The translations under genes and the position numbers were made by a program. This document shows, in pieces, positions 1 to 9,497 of a DNA stretch of 64,000 nt (the first letter of the stretch is position 1; every line of letters begins with the position of its first letter). Source of the DNA: Candidatus Woesearchaeota archaeon. Lineage in GTDB: Archaea; Nanobdellota; Nanobdellia; Woesearchaeales; SKIA01. Where the stretch lies: the NCBI GenBank assembly GCA_046704725.1, contig JBJKRI010000004.1, positions 12,175-76,174 of the forward strand. The letters are read 5' to 3'. Under the pieces are notes generated by a model, which did not search any database, had not been told where the DNA came from, and saw nothing but the letters and a program-made list of their open reading frames with translations.

Positions 1-187
1 GATCGTCGCCCTGCTCGCCCTGCTCGTGGGAGGGCTCGCGGCAGGACGCATCATGCTCGTCGAACGCAAGAAGCACGGACAGCACCTCACGCGCGCGTCG
101 CCCGCGCACGTGGCCCGCCACCTGCACGCCCGCGCAGGGGTGTGGTATCCGTGCGCGGAGCCGGAATGCCCGTACAGCAAGCCATAG
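1..187 (+). CDS. 3' end of a membrane protein (partial, runs off the window)
   Basis: Open frame from position 2 ([25 protein letters not shown]...[11 protein letters not shown]) to TAG at 185-187; hydrophobic segment followed by basic residues. Confidence 0.5.
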   Translation, partial: IVALLALLVGGLAAGRIMLVERKKHGQHLTRASPAHVARHLHARAGVWYPCAEPECPYSKP

Positions 188-189
188 CG

Positions 190-198
190 CTTATAAAA
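190..198 (+). promoter_or_regulatory. TATA box of dnaJ (representative of many leaderless-type promoters in the window)
   Basis: CTTATAAAA about 28 nt before the ATG at 219; similar boxes precede starts at 6005, 8184, 13094, 26481, 39889, 41149. Confidence 0.6.
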
Positions 199-218
199 AG
201 GGCGTCTCTTCTCCGAGG

Positions 219-1340
219 ATGCCCGATTACTACGCCGTCCTCGGCGTGGACAAGAACGCCTCGCAGGACGAGATCAAGCGCGCCTACAAGAAGAAGGCCA
301 AGCAGTTCCATCCCGACCTGAACAAGGACGATCCCAAGGCCGAGGAACGCTTCAAGGAGGTCAACGAGGCATACAAGGTGCTCGGCGACGCGAACGCGCG
401 CTCCCGCTACGACCAGTTCGGCCACGAGGGATTCACGCAGAACCAGCGCGCCGGCTTTGGTCAGGGATTCTCCGGCGGCGATTTCGGCTTCGGTGAGGGC
501 TTCGGATTCGAGGACCTGTTCGGCAATATCTTCGGCCAAGGATTCTCTGGACGGCAGCATCGACGGGGGGCGGATCTGCAGACCGAGATTGCCATCACGC
601 TCCAGGAGGCGTACGCGGGATGCGAGCGCACCCTCGACCTGGACAAGTACGACCCGTGCGAAGCGTGCGAGGGCACGGGGGCCAAGGACGGCAAGACCGA
701 GCGCTGCGCGACCTGCCACGGGCGCGGGCGCGTCGTGCGCCAGCAACGCACGCCCTTCGGGGTCTTCCAGACCGAGACCGCGTGCCCGGCGTGCAAAGGC
801 ACCGGACAGACCGCATTGGAGACGTGCCCGACCTGCAGGGGCGAGGGGCGCGTGCGCAAGAAGAAGACGGTGACCGTCGAGGTGCCGCGCGGCGTGCACG
901 ACGGTCAGCGCATCCGCGTGCCGGGAGAGGGGGAGGCCGGTCCTGCCGGCATGCCGCCAGGAGACCTGTACCTGTTCGTGCGCGTGCGGGCGCACCCGCT
1001 GTTCACTCGCGACGGCGACGACCTGAACTGCGAGATCCCCATCAGCTTCCCGCAGGCGGCCTTTGGCGACGATGTTGCCATTCCTACGCTTAAGGGAGAG
1101 GCGCAGCTCGAGGTGCCTTCCGGTACCCAGAGCGGGACGCGCTTCCGCATCTCGGGGTACGGTATGCCGCGCGGGCGCGGGCACGGCGACCTGTACGTCA
1201 GGGTGCGTGTGGTCACGCCCAAGAAGCTCAGCAAGGAGCAGAAGGCAGCGCTCCAGGATTACGCCAAGACCGTCGGCATCGACGCTGCTCCCCAGAAGAG
1301 CTTCTTTGCCAAGCTCAAGGACGCGTTCGACCATGAATAA
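219..1340 (+). CDS. dnaJ: Chaperone DnaJ
   Basis: J domain with HPD, G/F-rich linker, four CxxCxGxG repeats, C-terminal domain. Confidence 0.97.
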   Translation: MPDYYAVLGVDKNASQDEIKRAYKKKAKQFHPDLNKDDPKAEERFKEVNEAYKVLGDANARSRYDQFGHEGFTQNQRAGFGQGFSGGDFGFGEGFGFEDLFGNIFGQGFSGRQHRRGADLQTEIAITLQEAYAGCERTLDLDKYDPCEACEGTGAKDGKTERCATCHGRGRVVRQQRTPFGVFQTETACPACKGTGQTALETCPTCRGEGRVRKKKTVTVEVPRGVHDGQRIRVPGEGEAGPAGMPPGDLYLFVRVRAHPLFTRDGDDLNCEIPISFPQAAFGDDVAIPTLKGEAQLEVPSGTQSGTRFRISGYGMPRGRGHGDLYVRVRVVTPKKLSKEQKAALQDYAKTVGIDAAPQKSFFAKLKDAFDHE

Positions 1341-1424
1341 CCATTCTCGCGGGGTGACGATGGCAAAACATTTTTATAGCTCGACGCGTGCCGACGTCAG
1401 AGTGGAAACGAGGGAGGAGTCCGC

Positions 1425-2657
1425 ATGAGAATACATACACCCTTGATGATGTGCTTCTTGCTTGCTCTGGCGGCCTGTTCCGGGAACACCCTGTTCCCCG
1501 GCAACGGCACCAACGCGAGCAACACGAGCCTCTTTATACCGAACGCGACCAATATCACGAACGCGACGCCCGTGAGCATCCCGAACGCCACGGCGAACGC
1601 GACCCCGACGACGAACGCCTCGGCGAACGCGACCGCGCGGAGCAACGCGACGTACGACGCGACCGTGTCCGGGGTGGAAGGGCAGCTGATCCAGCTCCAC
1701 AGCAAGGCGACGGACCCCGACGGGGATCCTGTCACGCTGAGCTTCAGCGCACCGTTCAACGCGAGCGGCGACTGGCAGACCAAGATCGGCGACGCCGGGC
1801 GCTACAACGTGACGGTCACCGCATCCGACGGCAAGACCTCCACGCAAGCGCACATCCTGGTCATCGTGACGCGCGCCAACAGGCCGCCCGTCATCACTGG
1901 ACCTGATGTCATCCACGTCAAGGAGGGCCAGACGGTCAACCTGCGCGTCTTCACCATCGTGGATCCCGACGGGGACACCTTCGTGACCAGCTACAGCGGC
2001 TGGATGCAGGGCAGCACCTACACGACGAACTACAACGACGCCGGCAACCACACCGTGACCATCATCGCGGAGGACTCGCACGGCAACCAGGCCGAGAAGA
2101 AGGTCATCATCGATGTGGCCAACGTCAACCGGCCGCCCGTGCTCAGCGTTTCGCCGCTGCACATCAACGCCACCGAAGGCGACCTGGTGCGCATCAACGC
2201 GAGCGCGACGGACCCGGACAACCAAACCGTGAAGATCTCGTACGGCGCCCCGTTCAACAGCCTCGGCGAGTGGCAGACCACGGTTGGTGACGCGGGCGAC
2301 TACGAGGCCGCCGTGACTGCGACCGACGGTATCGCGCAGGTCAGCAAGACCGTCTCGGTCCGCGTCAACCCTGCGAACCGCGCGCCGGTCATCCAGGTAG
2401 CAGACACGATCACTGTCAAGGAAGGCCAGCTCATCGACCTGGCGAACTACGTGACGGTCAGCGACCCTGATGGTGACTCGGTCAACGTGACCTACAGCGG
2501 TTGGATGAACAGCGAGACGTACACGGCGACGTACAACGACGCCGGCACCTACTCGGAGACGGTCCGTGCGACGGACGGCAAGACCACCTCGCGCAAGACC
2601 TTCACCATCCAGGTGCAGAACGTCAACCGCGCGCCGGTCTTCATCACGCCGGCATAG
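1425..2657 (+). CDS. Surface lipoprotein with tandem Ig/cadherin-like repeats
   Basis: Signal peptide ending LAAC (lipobox), N-x-T-rich linker, four repeats of N(R)PP...DPDGD...DAG.Y.VTVTA(S/T)DG. Confidence 0.8.
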   Translation: MRIHTPLMMCFLLALAACSGNTLFPGNGTNASNTSLFIPNATNITNATPVSIPNATANATPTTNASANATARSNATYDATVSGVEGQLIQLHSKATDPDGDPVTLSFSAPFNASGDWQTKIGDAGRYNVTVTASDGKTSTQAHILVIVTRANRPPVITGPDVIHVKEGQTVNLRVFTIVDPDGDTFVTSYSGWMQGSTYTTNYNDAGNHTVTIIAEDSHGNQAEKKVIIDVANVNRPPVLSVSPLHINATEGDLVRINASATDPDNQTVKISYGAPFNSLGEWQTTVGDAGDYEAAVTATDGIAQVSKTVSVRVNPANRAPVIQVADTITVKEGQLIDLANYVTVSDPDGDSVNVTYSGWMNSETYTATYNDAGTYSETVRATDGKTTSRKTFTIQVQNVNRAPVFITPA

Positions 2658-2822
2658 GTTTTGGGGACTCCTCCCCATCCTCTTTTTCCTTCTTCTCTTG
2701 ATTCCGAGAACGTATCAGGCCTCTACGAAGAACGAGTCTCCACTCGCCAAGAGCGATAAAACTATTTAAAGCGCTCTTTGGGTTACGAAGCAGCGCCTAG
2801 CGCAGGAAAAGAGGGAAACACT

Positions 2823-3194
2823 GTGGGACTGTTCGGCGGAAAGGACGATACGAAAGCGAAGATCGAGGAGCTCAAGGCCAAGATGCAGGGCGGACAGCCC
2901 GGCTGGCAGCCGCCGCAGCAGCCCTGGCAACCCCCCCAGCAGCAGTACCAGCCGCCGCAGCAGCCCTGGCAACCTCCGGAGGCGCAACAGCCGAGCCCGC
3001 CTCCTGCGCCGCGCAGGGAGGTGCGTGTGGAACGACGAGACGATTTCGAGGAGCTGTCGAGCGGCATCGTGCTCGACCTGGGCGACGGCATGTCGCTCAA
3101 CCTGCCCATCAAGGGACGCATGCATCTCGACGAGTTCTTGCGCATAGCCGACCGCGTGCGCGAGCTCAAGCGCATCGAGCACCCGCAGGCCTAG
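2823..3194 (+). CDS. Hypothetical protein with MGLFGGK N-terminus and Gln/Pro repeats
   Basis: GTG start at 2823 after GAGGG; low-complexity QPP repeats then a small C-terminal domain. Confidence 0.7.
   Translation: MGLFGGKDDTKAKIEELKAKMQGGQPGWQPPQQPWQPPQQQYQPPQQPWQPPEAQQPSPPPAPRREVRVERRDDFEELSSGIVLDLGDGMSLNLPIKGRMHLDEFLRIADRVRELKRIEHPQA
2904..2987 (+). repeat. Four tandem 21-bp coding repeats ((W/Y)QPPQQx)
   Basis: tggcagccgccgcagcagccc / tggcaacccccccagcagcag / taccagccgccgcagcagccc / tggcaacctccggaggcgcaa. Confidence 0.85.
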
Positions 3195-3652
3195 GCGTCG
3201 AGCATCTTGAGGTGCGCGTCGCTCGTGAGGAACTGCTCCCGGCAGAGCTCTTCGAGGACGTAGAACTCCTTGCGGCTCTTCACGCCCAAAACGTCGAGGC
3301 GATCCATGAACTCCTGGACCTCGCTCATGTTCCGGAACAAGACCTCGACCAGGTAGTCATAGCCGTTGTTGATGCGCAAGATGGTGTTCACCTGGTGGTG
3401 CCCCTCCAAGAAGCGCCGCACCGCATCGCGTGCATCGGCCTTGACCTGCAAGAGCAAGGTGACGCGCAGGTCGTATCCCAAGCGACGGAAATCGAGCAGG
3501 CAGGTGTGCTTGGTGATGACCCCGTCCTCGAAACTCTTGAGCCGCTCGTAGATGGTGCTCACAGGAATGCCTGTCTTCCTGCTCATCCGCGTCAATGTCT
3601 CGCGCGCATTGCTGCGCAACCGCCTCATGATCTGTAATTCCTTCGCTTTCAT
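3191..3652 (-). CDS. Lrp/AsnC family transcriptional regulator
   Basis: N-terminal HTH (LRSNARETLTRMSRKTGIPVSTIYERLKS), LDFRRLG linker, RAM domain; start placed at MKAKEL. Confidence 0.92.
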   Translation of the reverse strand: MKAKELQIMRRLRSNARETLTRMSRKTGIPVSTIYERLKSFEDGVITKHTCLLDFRRLGYDLRVTLLLQVKADARDAVRRFLEGHHQVNTILRINNGYDYLVEVLFRNMSEVQEFMDRLDVLGVKSRKEFYVLEELCREQFLTSDAHLKMLDA

Positions 3653-3855
3653 TGGTGACCTCCCGTGCCCCCCACGGTATTTCTGCTCTGAGTGAAGCAA
3701 AGACATCAAGATTCGCGGACAGGGAAATGCTGAAGCGTTCAGGAAAAACCTGAATCTATACCTGGGCTATATAAGCGGACAGAAGAGAGAGCAGAATACC
3801 TCCTGAAACAGCCTGAAACTGTCCCTTTGAAATACTAGCGCTGCTTTCTGCGGTC

Positions 3856-5379
3856 ATGCACGCGTCAGAGCAAGCAGTCCTCGCCGCGTTCGCGCAACAA
3901 CCGCAAGCGCAACTCACCACCGGAGAGCTCGTGAGAAGCGCCTTTCCCCAAGAGCACGACGCCATCCAGCAGGACCTGCGCAGCAGCGACCCCGAGACGC
4001 ATCGGCGCGGACTGCGCAACAAGGCGCGATTGCACCGAAAGCTCCTCTACCACCTCAACAAGCTCGTGGCGAGGAACGCATTGCGCGTGGCAGAGGTGAA
4101 AGAGCATGGGGAGAAGACCTACGCGCTCGCCATGGAGCGCGGGGAGATCGTCGTCTCGGACAAGCAGATGACCGTGGCGATCGCCAAGCACCCCGCGGCG
4201 GAGAGCTTCGTGGCGGACTGGCAAGAACGCGGCATCGTCACCCAGATGACCCAAGCGATCCACAAGGTGGATGCGTACGCCGTGCGCGTGGACGGCGGTA
4301 TGGGTGTGCACGGCCTGCGAGCCGAACTCTTGCGCCTGTACACGCACATCGAGGACGCCGTGGGCATCATCGGCTTCGAGCGCTTCCTCGGACAGGACAG
4401 CGGCACGCTCGCGGAAGGAGTGGCCGAGCTCATCGCGGACACAAAAGACTACGGCATCAGTGTCACCCTCCGCATCGACATCGGCAAGAAGGCATTGACG
4501 GGAAAGGACCACTCGTTCTTCACGGCCTTCGCGCTCCAGCACCCGTCGCGCGTCTACATCGTGTTCGCGGGGCGACACACGGACTTCCAGGAACAGCGCT
4601 CGCACCTCGAACGCATCGCCGACGTGTTCTCGCAAAACGACATCAAGCTCAACCTGCAGGACCTCGGACGCGACGCGGACCCATACCTCATGGGACGCGC
4701 CGGCATGTACAGCATCGACGAACGGCAGCAAGAGGCGCTCGCGCGCATCGGCGGGGTCGTCGTGGCCAACGCGAGCATCGTCATCGACCTGGGGCGCGAG
4801 CAGCTCACCGCGGACGCGTTGCGGACGCTCGCGATAGACTGCGCGCGCACCCTGCTGGCGCGCAGCTCGCTGCAGCGACGGCTCGCGCCAACGATATTCA
4901 ACGGCCTGACAGCCGTGGGGTCCCTGCGCGAGCAGCTCGCCTGGACGCGCACCTACCTGCGGTTATGGAACTATGACACGCAACGATACCCGTACCCCGC
5001 GCTGCTGGGGACCGTGTCGCACGAGCTCGACGTCTTCGCGCGGCAAGAGACCACGATATTCGCCGCGTGCGGAGTGCCACTCAACTACCGCATCCTCTTG
5101 AGCAGCGCCTTCCCGCACTATGGTGTGCTGTCGGTGCGCATGTACGACAAGAAGCCCGTGTACGACCGCGAAGGGCTGCGGACGCAGGAGCTGGAACTGC
5201 GCGAGCAGCTCGCCGCGCACTACAGCGCAGAGCGCATCAGGGTCTTCCGGGAAGGGGACTTCACCGGACAAGACGTCATCAGCGAGATGCTGTGGATCAC
5301 GCGCAGCCACGACCTCGCTTTTGTCACCTACGACTTCCGCAAGATGCAGAAGATGATCAGCCTCACCAGATTCCTATGA
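3856..5379 (+). CDS. Uncharacterised 507-aa protein, N-terminal winged-helix-like region, PIP-box-like C-terminus
   Basis: Long ORF; RKLLYHLNKLVARNALRV..GEKTYAL is wHTH-like; ends QKMISLTRFL; ATGA overlap with thyA. Confidence 0.75.
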   Translation: MHASEQAVLAAFAQQPQAQLTTGELVRSAFPQEHDAIQQDLRSSDPETHRRGLRNKARLHRKLLYHLNKLVARNALRVAEVKEHGEKTYALAMERGEIVVSDKQMTVAIAKHPAAESFVADWQERGIVTQMTQAIHKVDAYAVRVDGGMGVHGLRAELLRLYTHIEDAVGIIGFERFLGQDSGTLAEGVAELIADTKDYGISVTLRIDIGKKALTGKDHSFFTAFALQHPSRVYIVFAGRHTDFQEQRSHLERIADVFSQNDIKLNLQDLGRDADPYLMGRAGMYSIDERQQEALARIGGVVVANASIVIDLGREQLTADALRTLAIDCARTLLARSSLQRRLAPTIFNGLTAVGSLREQLAWTRTYLRLWNYDTQRYPYPALLGTVSHELDVFARQETTIFAACGVPLNYRILLSSAFPHYGVLSVRMYDKKPVYDREGLRTQELELREQLAAHYSAERIRVFREGDFTGQDVISEMLWITRSHDLAFVTYDFRKMQKMISLTRFL

Positions 5380-5978
5380 CCGACGCCATCACCGCCTGGA
5401 AAGACCTGCTCGGCCGCGCGCGCGGCGCGGCGGGCTTCACGGACCGCTCCAGCAGGGAGTGCCACGAGCTGCGCGACCAACTGCTCACCATCGCTCACAC
5501 CACCGGCATGCGCGAGCCATTGCTCGCGGTCAGGCACCTGGGCTGGTACTATCCCTCGGACGAGGAGCTGCGCAGCGTATTGCTCAGCCCGGACGACCAG
5601 CACCTCTACAGCTTCGCGAGCCGGATCGCCGGTCAACTGCCCGCGCTCGTCGCGCACCTTCGCAGGCATCCGGAGACCCGGCGGGCGTTGTTGCAGCTGG
5701 CGGACCTGCGGCCAGAGACCTACGAGGAGCCCCACGTGCCGTGCCTGATCAGCGCGTGGTTCGCCATCCGGGACGGCAAGCTCACCTGCACGGTGCACGC
5801 GCGCAGCGTGGACGTGCTCATCGGCCTGCCCGCGAACCTCTACCAGGCGGGCGTGCTCCTCGAGCACGTCGCCCACGAGGTCGGCGTTCCGCCCGGAGCC
5901 CTCTCCATGTTCATGGACAGCGCCCACGTCTTCGCCGAATACGACCCGCAGCTGGACCGTATCCTCAGAAAACCTTAA
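5376..5978 (+). CDS. thyA: Thymidylate synthase, archaeal-type ThyA
   Basis: TRRA, catalytic PC, RSVD...GLPAN (dUMP-specifying Asn), SAHV; ATG at 5376 overlaps upstream TGA. Confidence 0.85.
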   Translation: MTDAITAWKDLLGRARGAAGFTDRSSRECHELRDQLLTIAHTTGMREPLLAVRHLGWYYPSDEELRSVLLSPDDQHLYSFASRIAGQLPALVAHLRRHPETRRALLQLADLRPETYEEPHVPCLISAWFAIRDGKLTCTVHARSVDVLIGLPANLYQAGVLLEHVAHEVGVPPGALSMFMDSAHVFAEYDPQLDRILRKP

Positions 5979-6004
5979 AAGAGGGCGTGTGCCGTGGGCC
6001 GCTG

Positions 6005-6145
6005 ATGGAGTACGAGGACGACGACTTCCTGGACGAGCCGGAGGCCGAATACGCCGAGGACGCGGTGGATCTCGAGCCCAGCGACGACGAATTGTTCGAC
6101 GAGGACTTCGGGGCTGACGGGAACTACGCGGACGAGGACGACTAG
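6005..6145 (+). CDS. Very acidic 46-aa peptide
   Basis: MEYEDDDFLDEPEAEY...ADEDD; TATA-like CTTAAAA at 5974; stop 1 nt before argS. Confidence 0.65.
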   Translation: MEYEDDDFLDEPEAEYAEDAVDLEPSDDELFDEDFGADGNYADEDD

Positions 6146-6146
6146 G

Positions 6147-7805
6147 ATGCGCATCGAGGACGCGGTCCGTGATGCGCTGCGCGCAGCGCTGCCGGGCGAG
6201 ATAATCCTGGAGGAGCCGCCGTCGCCCGAGATGGGCGATCTGGCCGTGCCATGCTTTTCCTACGCGAAGGCATTGAGGAAGAGCCCTGCAGCGATCGCCT
6301 CGGAGATCGCTTCCGCTGTGTCAGGCAAGGGACCGATCGTGAATGCCGTCGCTGCCGGGCCGTACTGCAACCTCTTCTTGGACCGCTCGTTCGTCGCGCA
6401 GAACGTTCTTTCCATGGAATTGGGAGTGGGAAAGAAGAATCAGAAGCTCCTCTTCGAGTATCCGTCGCCGAACACGAACAAACCATTGCACCTCGGGCAC
6501 CTGCGCAACATGCTGCTCGGGAGCAGCGCGGCGGCGATCGCCGAAGCGGCCGGGTACTCCGTGGTGCGCACCAACCTCTACAACGACCGCGGGGTCCACA
6601 TCTGCAAGAGCATGCTCGCCTACCAGCGCTGGGGAGAAGGGAAAACACCTGCCGACCTGGGCATGAAGCCCGACCACTTCGTCGGGCACTGGTACGTCGA
6701 GTTCGCGAAACACGCCAAAGAGGATGAATCCCTTGAGAATGAGGCGCAGGAGATGCTCCGCAAATGGGAGGACGGCGACAAGGTCGTCCGGTCGCTCTGG
6801 AAGAAGATGAACGACTGGGCGTACGAAGGCTTCACGCAGAGCTTCGACCGGTTGGGGATCACTTTCGACAAGCACTACTACGAGTCGCAATTGTACGACA
6901 AGGGGAAAGCCGTGGTGGAGCACGGTTTGAAAGTGGGCGTGTTCTCGCATGATGAGAACGGGAATACGCGGGCGTCGCTCGGAACGTTGGGGGAGCCCGT
7001 CGTGCTGCGGGCGGACGGCACGGCCGTCTACATGACGCAAGACCTGTACCTCGCGCAGGTCCGGCAAGACGAGTGGAAGCCGGACGCGCAGGTGTATGTC
7101 GTGGGCTCGGAGCAGGACCACCGCTTCAAGCAATTGTTCGCCATCCTCGAGGCGCTGGGCATGGAGCACGCCGACCGGTTGTTCCACCTCTCGTACGGAT
7201 TGATTGCCCTGCCCGAAGGACGCATGAAATCACGCGAGGGGACGGTCGTCGACTGCGACGACCTGCTCAACAGCATGGAGGCGTTGGCCGCGGAGGCCGT
7301 GCAGGAACGCCATCCCGAGCTCTCCGCGAAAGAGGTGCAGAAGCGCGCCAAGACGATCGGGCACGGGGCATTGCGCTTTTTCATCTGCAAGTACGAGCCC
7401 AAGACGGGGTTTGTCTACGACCCGAAGGAGAGCCTGTCGTTCGAAGGGGAGACGGGACCGTACGTGCAGTACGCGGCAGCGCGCATCAGCAGCATCCTTG
7501 CCGAGACGAAGCCCGGGAAAGCCGACGCTTCCCTGCTTTCCGAGGACGAGGCCTTCGCGCTTCTCATGGCACTGCGGAAGACGCCCGCGATCGTCGAGGA
7601 GGCCGCTTCCCAGTACAAGCCGCACCTCGTGGCGCGGCACGCCATGAGCGTCGCGCAGGCCTTCACGGGCTTCTACCACACCTACAAGGTATTGGTCGAT
7701 GATGCGAAGGTGCGGGACAGCCGTCTCGCCTTGCTCAAGGCTACGCGGGCGCACCTGGCGTACCTGCTCGGACTGCTCGGTATCGAAGCTCCAGAAGCGA
7801 TGTAG
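6147..7805 (+). CDS. argS: Arginine--tRNA ligase
   Basis: SPNTNKPLHLGHLRN, MKSREG, FEGETGPYVQYA motifs. Confidence 0.97.
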   Translation: MRIEDAVRDALRAALPGEIILEEPPSPEMGDLAVPCFSYAKALRKSPAAIASEIASAVSGKGPIVNAVAAGPYCNLFLDRSFVAQNVLSMELGVGKKNQKLLFEYPSPNTNKPLHLGHLRNMLLGSSAAAIAEAAGYSVVRTNLYNDRGVHICKSMLAYQRWGEGKTPADLGMKPDHFVGHWYVEFAKHAKEDESLENEAQEMLRKWEDGDKVVRSLWKKMNDWAYEGFTQSFDRLGITFDKHYYESQLYDKGKAVVEHGLKVGVFSHDENGNTRASLGTLGEPVVLRADGTAVYMTQDLYLAQVRQDEWKPDAQVYVVGSEQDHRFKQLFAILEALGMEHADRLFHLSYGLIALPEGRMKSREGTVVDCDDLLNSMEALAAEAVQERHPELSAKEVQKRAKTIGHGALRFFICKYEPKTGFVYDPKESLSFEGETGPYVQYAAARISSILAETKPGKADASLLSEDEAFALLMALRKTPAIVEEAASQYKPHLVARHAMSVAQAFTGFYHTYKVLVDDAKVRDSRLALLKATRAHLAYLLGLLGIEAPEAM

Positions 7806-7808
7806 GCT

Positions 7809-8111
7809 TCAAGCAGGATCCTCGCGCCCTAAGAAACGGCGGATATGACGGGTCACTGAGAAATGCTCTCCAGTGATGAGATCCCCGATGCCCTCCGTGA
7901 CGTAATAGCCGAAACAGGCCTCGAAGAACGGATGTCCTGCAGCAAGATGACACTCCATCAGGCCGACTGCGCCGAGGACTGCGCCGAAGGCGCGATTATA
8001 CGCGTCGGCGGCGAGGTTGTCCCCGCGCCAGCTCGGCTCAGGCTCGGCGACCTTCTTGAGAGTATAGGACAAATGGACGCGCTGCGCCAAGGAGAGACCG
8101 TCGGAAGCCAT
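7809..8111 (-). CDS. Hypothetical protein
   Basis: 100-aa ORF filling the gap between argS and rps17e, AT-rich box upstream. Confidence 0.5.
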   Translation of the reverse strand: MASDGLSLAQRVHLSYTLKKVAEPEPSWRGDNLAADAYNRAFGAVLGAVGLMECHLAAGHPFFEACFGYYVTEGIGDLITGEHFSVTRHIRRFLGREDPA

Positions 8112-8183
8112 AGAAGGGGGAAGCGGTCTGGATTCTTAAGCCAAGACGTATGTTTTATAAACCACGCGGCGCTTTCCCCCAGA

Positions 8184-8384
8184 ATGGGACGGATCAAGAC
8201 GACGCTGGTCAAGCGCATCTCCCACGACCTGCACGAGCAGCATGGGAAGAGCTTCACGACCAGTTTCGAAGAGAACAAGCGCGCTGTGGAGGAGTTCGCC
8301 GAACTCCCCTCGAAGAAGATCAGGAACACGATCGCCGGTTACCTCACTCGACTCAAGAAGAAGGAAGCAGCCGACGCGCTCTAG
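8184..8384 (+). CDS. rps17e: 30S ribosomal protein S17e
   Basis: MGRIKTTLVKR...FTTSFEENK...SKKIRNTIAGYLT. Confidence 0.96.
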   Translation: MGRIKTTLVKRISHDLHEQHGKSFTTSFEENKRAVEEFAELPSKKIRNTIAGYLTRLKKKEAADAL

Positions 8385-8386
8385 AA

Positions 8387-8674
8387 ATGGCCAAGGACGC
8401 GGACAACAGCATCTTCGTGGGCGACAAGCCTTTCATGAACTACGTGACAGGCATCGTCATGCAGTTCACCACGCACAACCAGGAAGAAGTCATCGTCAAA
8501 GCGCGCGGCAAGTACATCAGCCGCGCCGTGGACGTGTCCGAGATGGCCCTCAAACGCTTCTTGAAGGACAAGATTCGCATTAAGGATATCGCCATCGACT
8601 CCGAGGAAGTGGAGAACAGAGAGGGGCGTGAGGTGCGCGTGAGCACCATCGAGATCACGCTGGAACGATTATGA
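8387..8674 (+). CDS. albA: Nucleic-acid-binding protein Alba
   Basis: IFVGDKPFMNYV, VIVKARGKYISRAVDV, VSTIEITL. Confidence 0.96.
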   Translation: MAKDADNSIFVGDKPFMNYVTGIVMQFTTHNQEEVIVKARGKYISRAVDVSEMALKRFLKDKIRIKDIAIDSEEVENREGREVRVSTIEITLERL

Positions 8675-8814
8675 GCGTGTACTCCGGGGTCCTGATCGGC
8701 CTTGGAGTGTTATTGCTCGCATTGGGGACGTACTTCGTCTTCCTGCACTACCAACGGGCGCCGGCCACGGACTATCGCTGGGTCGGTCCCGGAGAGCATC
8801 CGTTCAAGAAGTGA
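8671..8814 (+). CDS. Small single-TM protein (47 aa)
   Basis: MSVYSGVLIGLGVLLLALGTYFVFLHYQR...; ATGA overlap with alba stop; below the ORF-track cutoff. Confidence 0.6.
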   Translation: MSVYSGVLIGLGVLLLALGTYFVFLHYQRAPATDYRWVGPGEHPFKK

Positions 8815-8832
8815 GCCGCCTCAGCGTGTCTG

Positions 8833-9447
8833 TCAGTTGTTCTTTGTATTCCCGAGGGGCAACGTCGCGTATACGCTCTTTCGGGCGCGGTCGAAGACAA
8901 CTACCTCTGTGATAGGGAAAGGCGGGGGGAGAGGGGTTTCAGAGATGATGCGTAACGCGTCCTGCCTGACGGTCTCATCCTCGCAGCGCACGATCGTGGT
9001 GTGGGGCGTGTAGTATTGGAAATAGAATGGGTTCTCGTATATTCTCACCATCTCCTGTTGCTCTCTTGTGAGCTCGATATCGAAGGTTATGCCCCTTGGT
9101 CTGGAGATGTATGGCTGGGACGCCAGAACGGAGAGCTCATGCAATCGCTGGAGCGTCTCGTCATGCCCCACCAGAAACACGATATGGCCGCGATTCAGCG
9201 TCTGGACGCCAGTAAAGCGAAGTTCGAAGGGGCTGATGCTGGAGAGCTTCGTTCGGTACTCCGCGATGAAGTCGTCTATACGATTGCTGTAGAAATTCTC
9301 CCTCAGCGTGATATGCGGCGGAAGGGCGGGCATTACGCAGCTGCGCTTGAGGCGCGACCGTAATCCCTGCACGGCAGAAGCAGCTTCACCAGAGGGCCGC
9401 AGCGCCAAGACGTATTTCCCATCCATCGAACAGGTGGGTGGAAACAT
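8833..9447 (-). CDS. 2H phosphoesterase / 2'-5' RNA ligase family protein
   Basis: Two HxT motifs (PPHITL, TPHTTI) about 100 aa apart; start may be the downstream MDGKY. Confidence 0.85.
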   Translation of the reverse strand: MFPPTCSMDGKYVLALRPSGEAASAVQGLRSRLKRSCVMPALPPHITLRENFYSNRIDDFIAEYRTKLSSISPFELRFTGVQTLNRGHIVFLVGHDETLQRLHELSVLASQPYISRPRGITFDIELTREQQEMVRIYENPFYFQYYTPHTTIVRCEDETVRQDALRIISETPLPPPFPITEVVVFDRARKSVYATLPLGNTKNN

Positions 9448-9497
9448 CCTTATAGACGTTTCTTAAATCAAGCGAAGGGTCATAATGGATGAGAAAA

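Noticed and set aside
2904-2987. Tandem repeat as a possible CRISPR array
   Set aside because: No spacers; in-frame 21-bp coding repeats; no cas genes in the window
5376-5978. dCMP hydroxymethylase of a DNA hypermodification system
   Set aside because: The specificity residue is Asn (dUMP-type) and there are no glycosyltransferase or kinase partners adjacent; kept only as a minor alternative
7863-8183. N-terminally extended S17e
   Set aside because: TATA at about 8155 and the canonical MGRIK start at 8184 explain the gene; the upstream frame overlaps a minus-strand ORF
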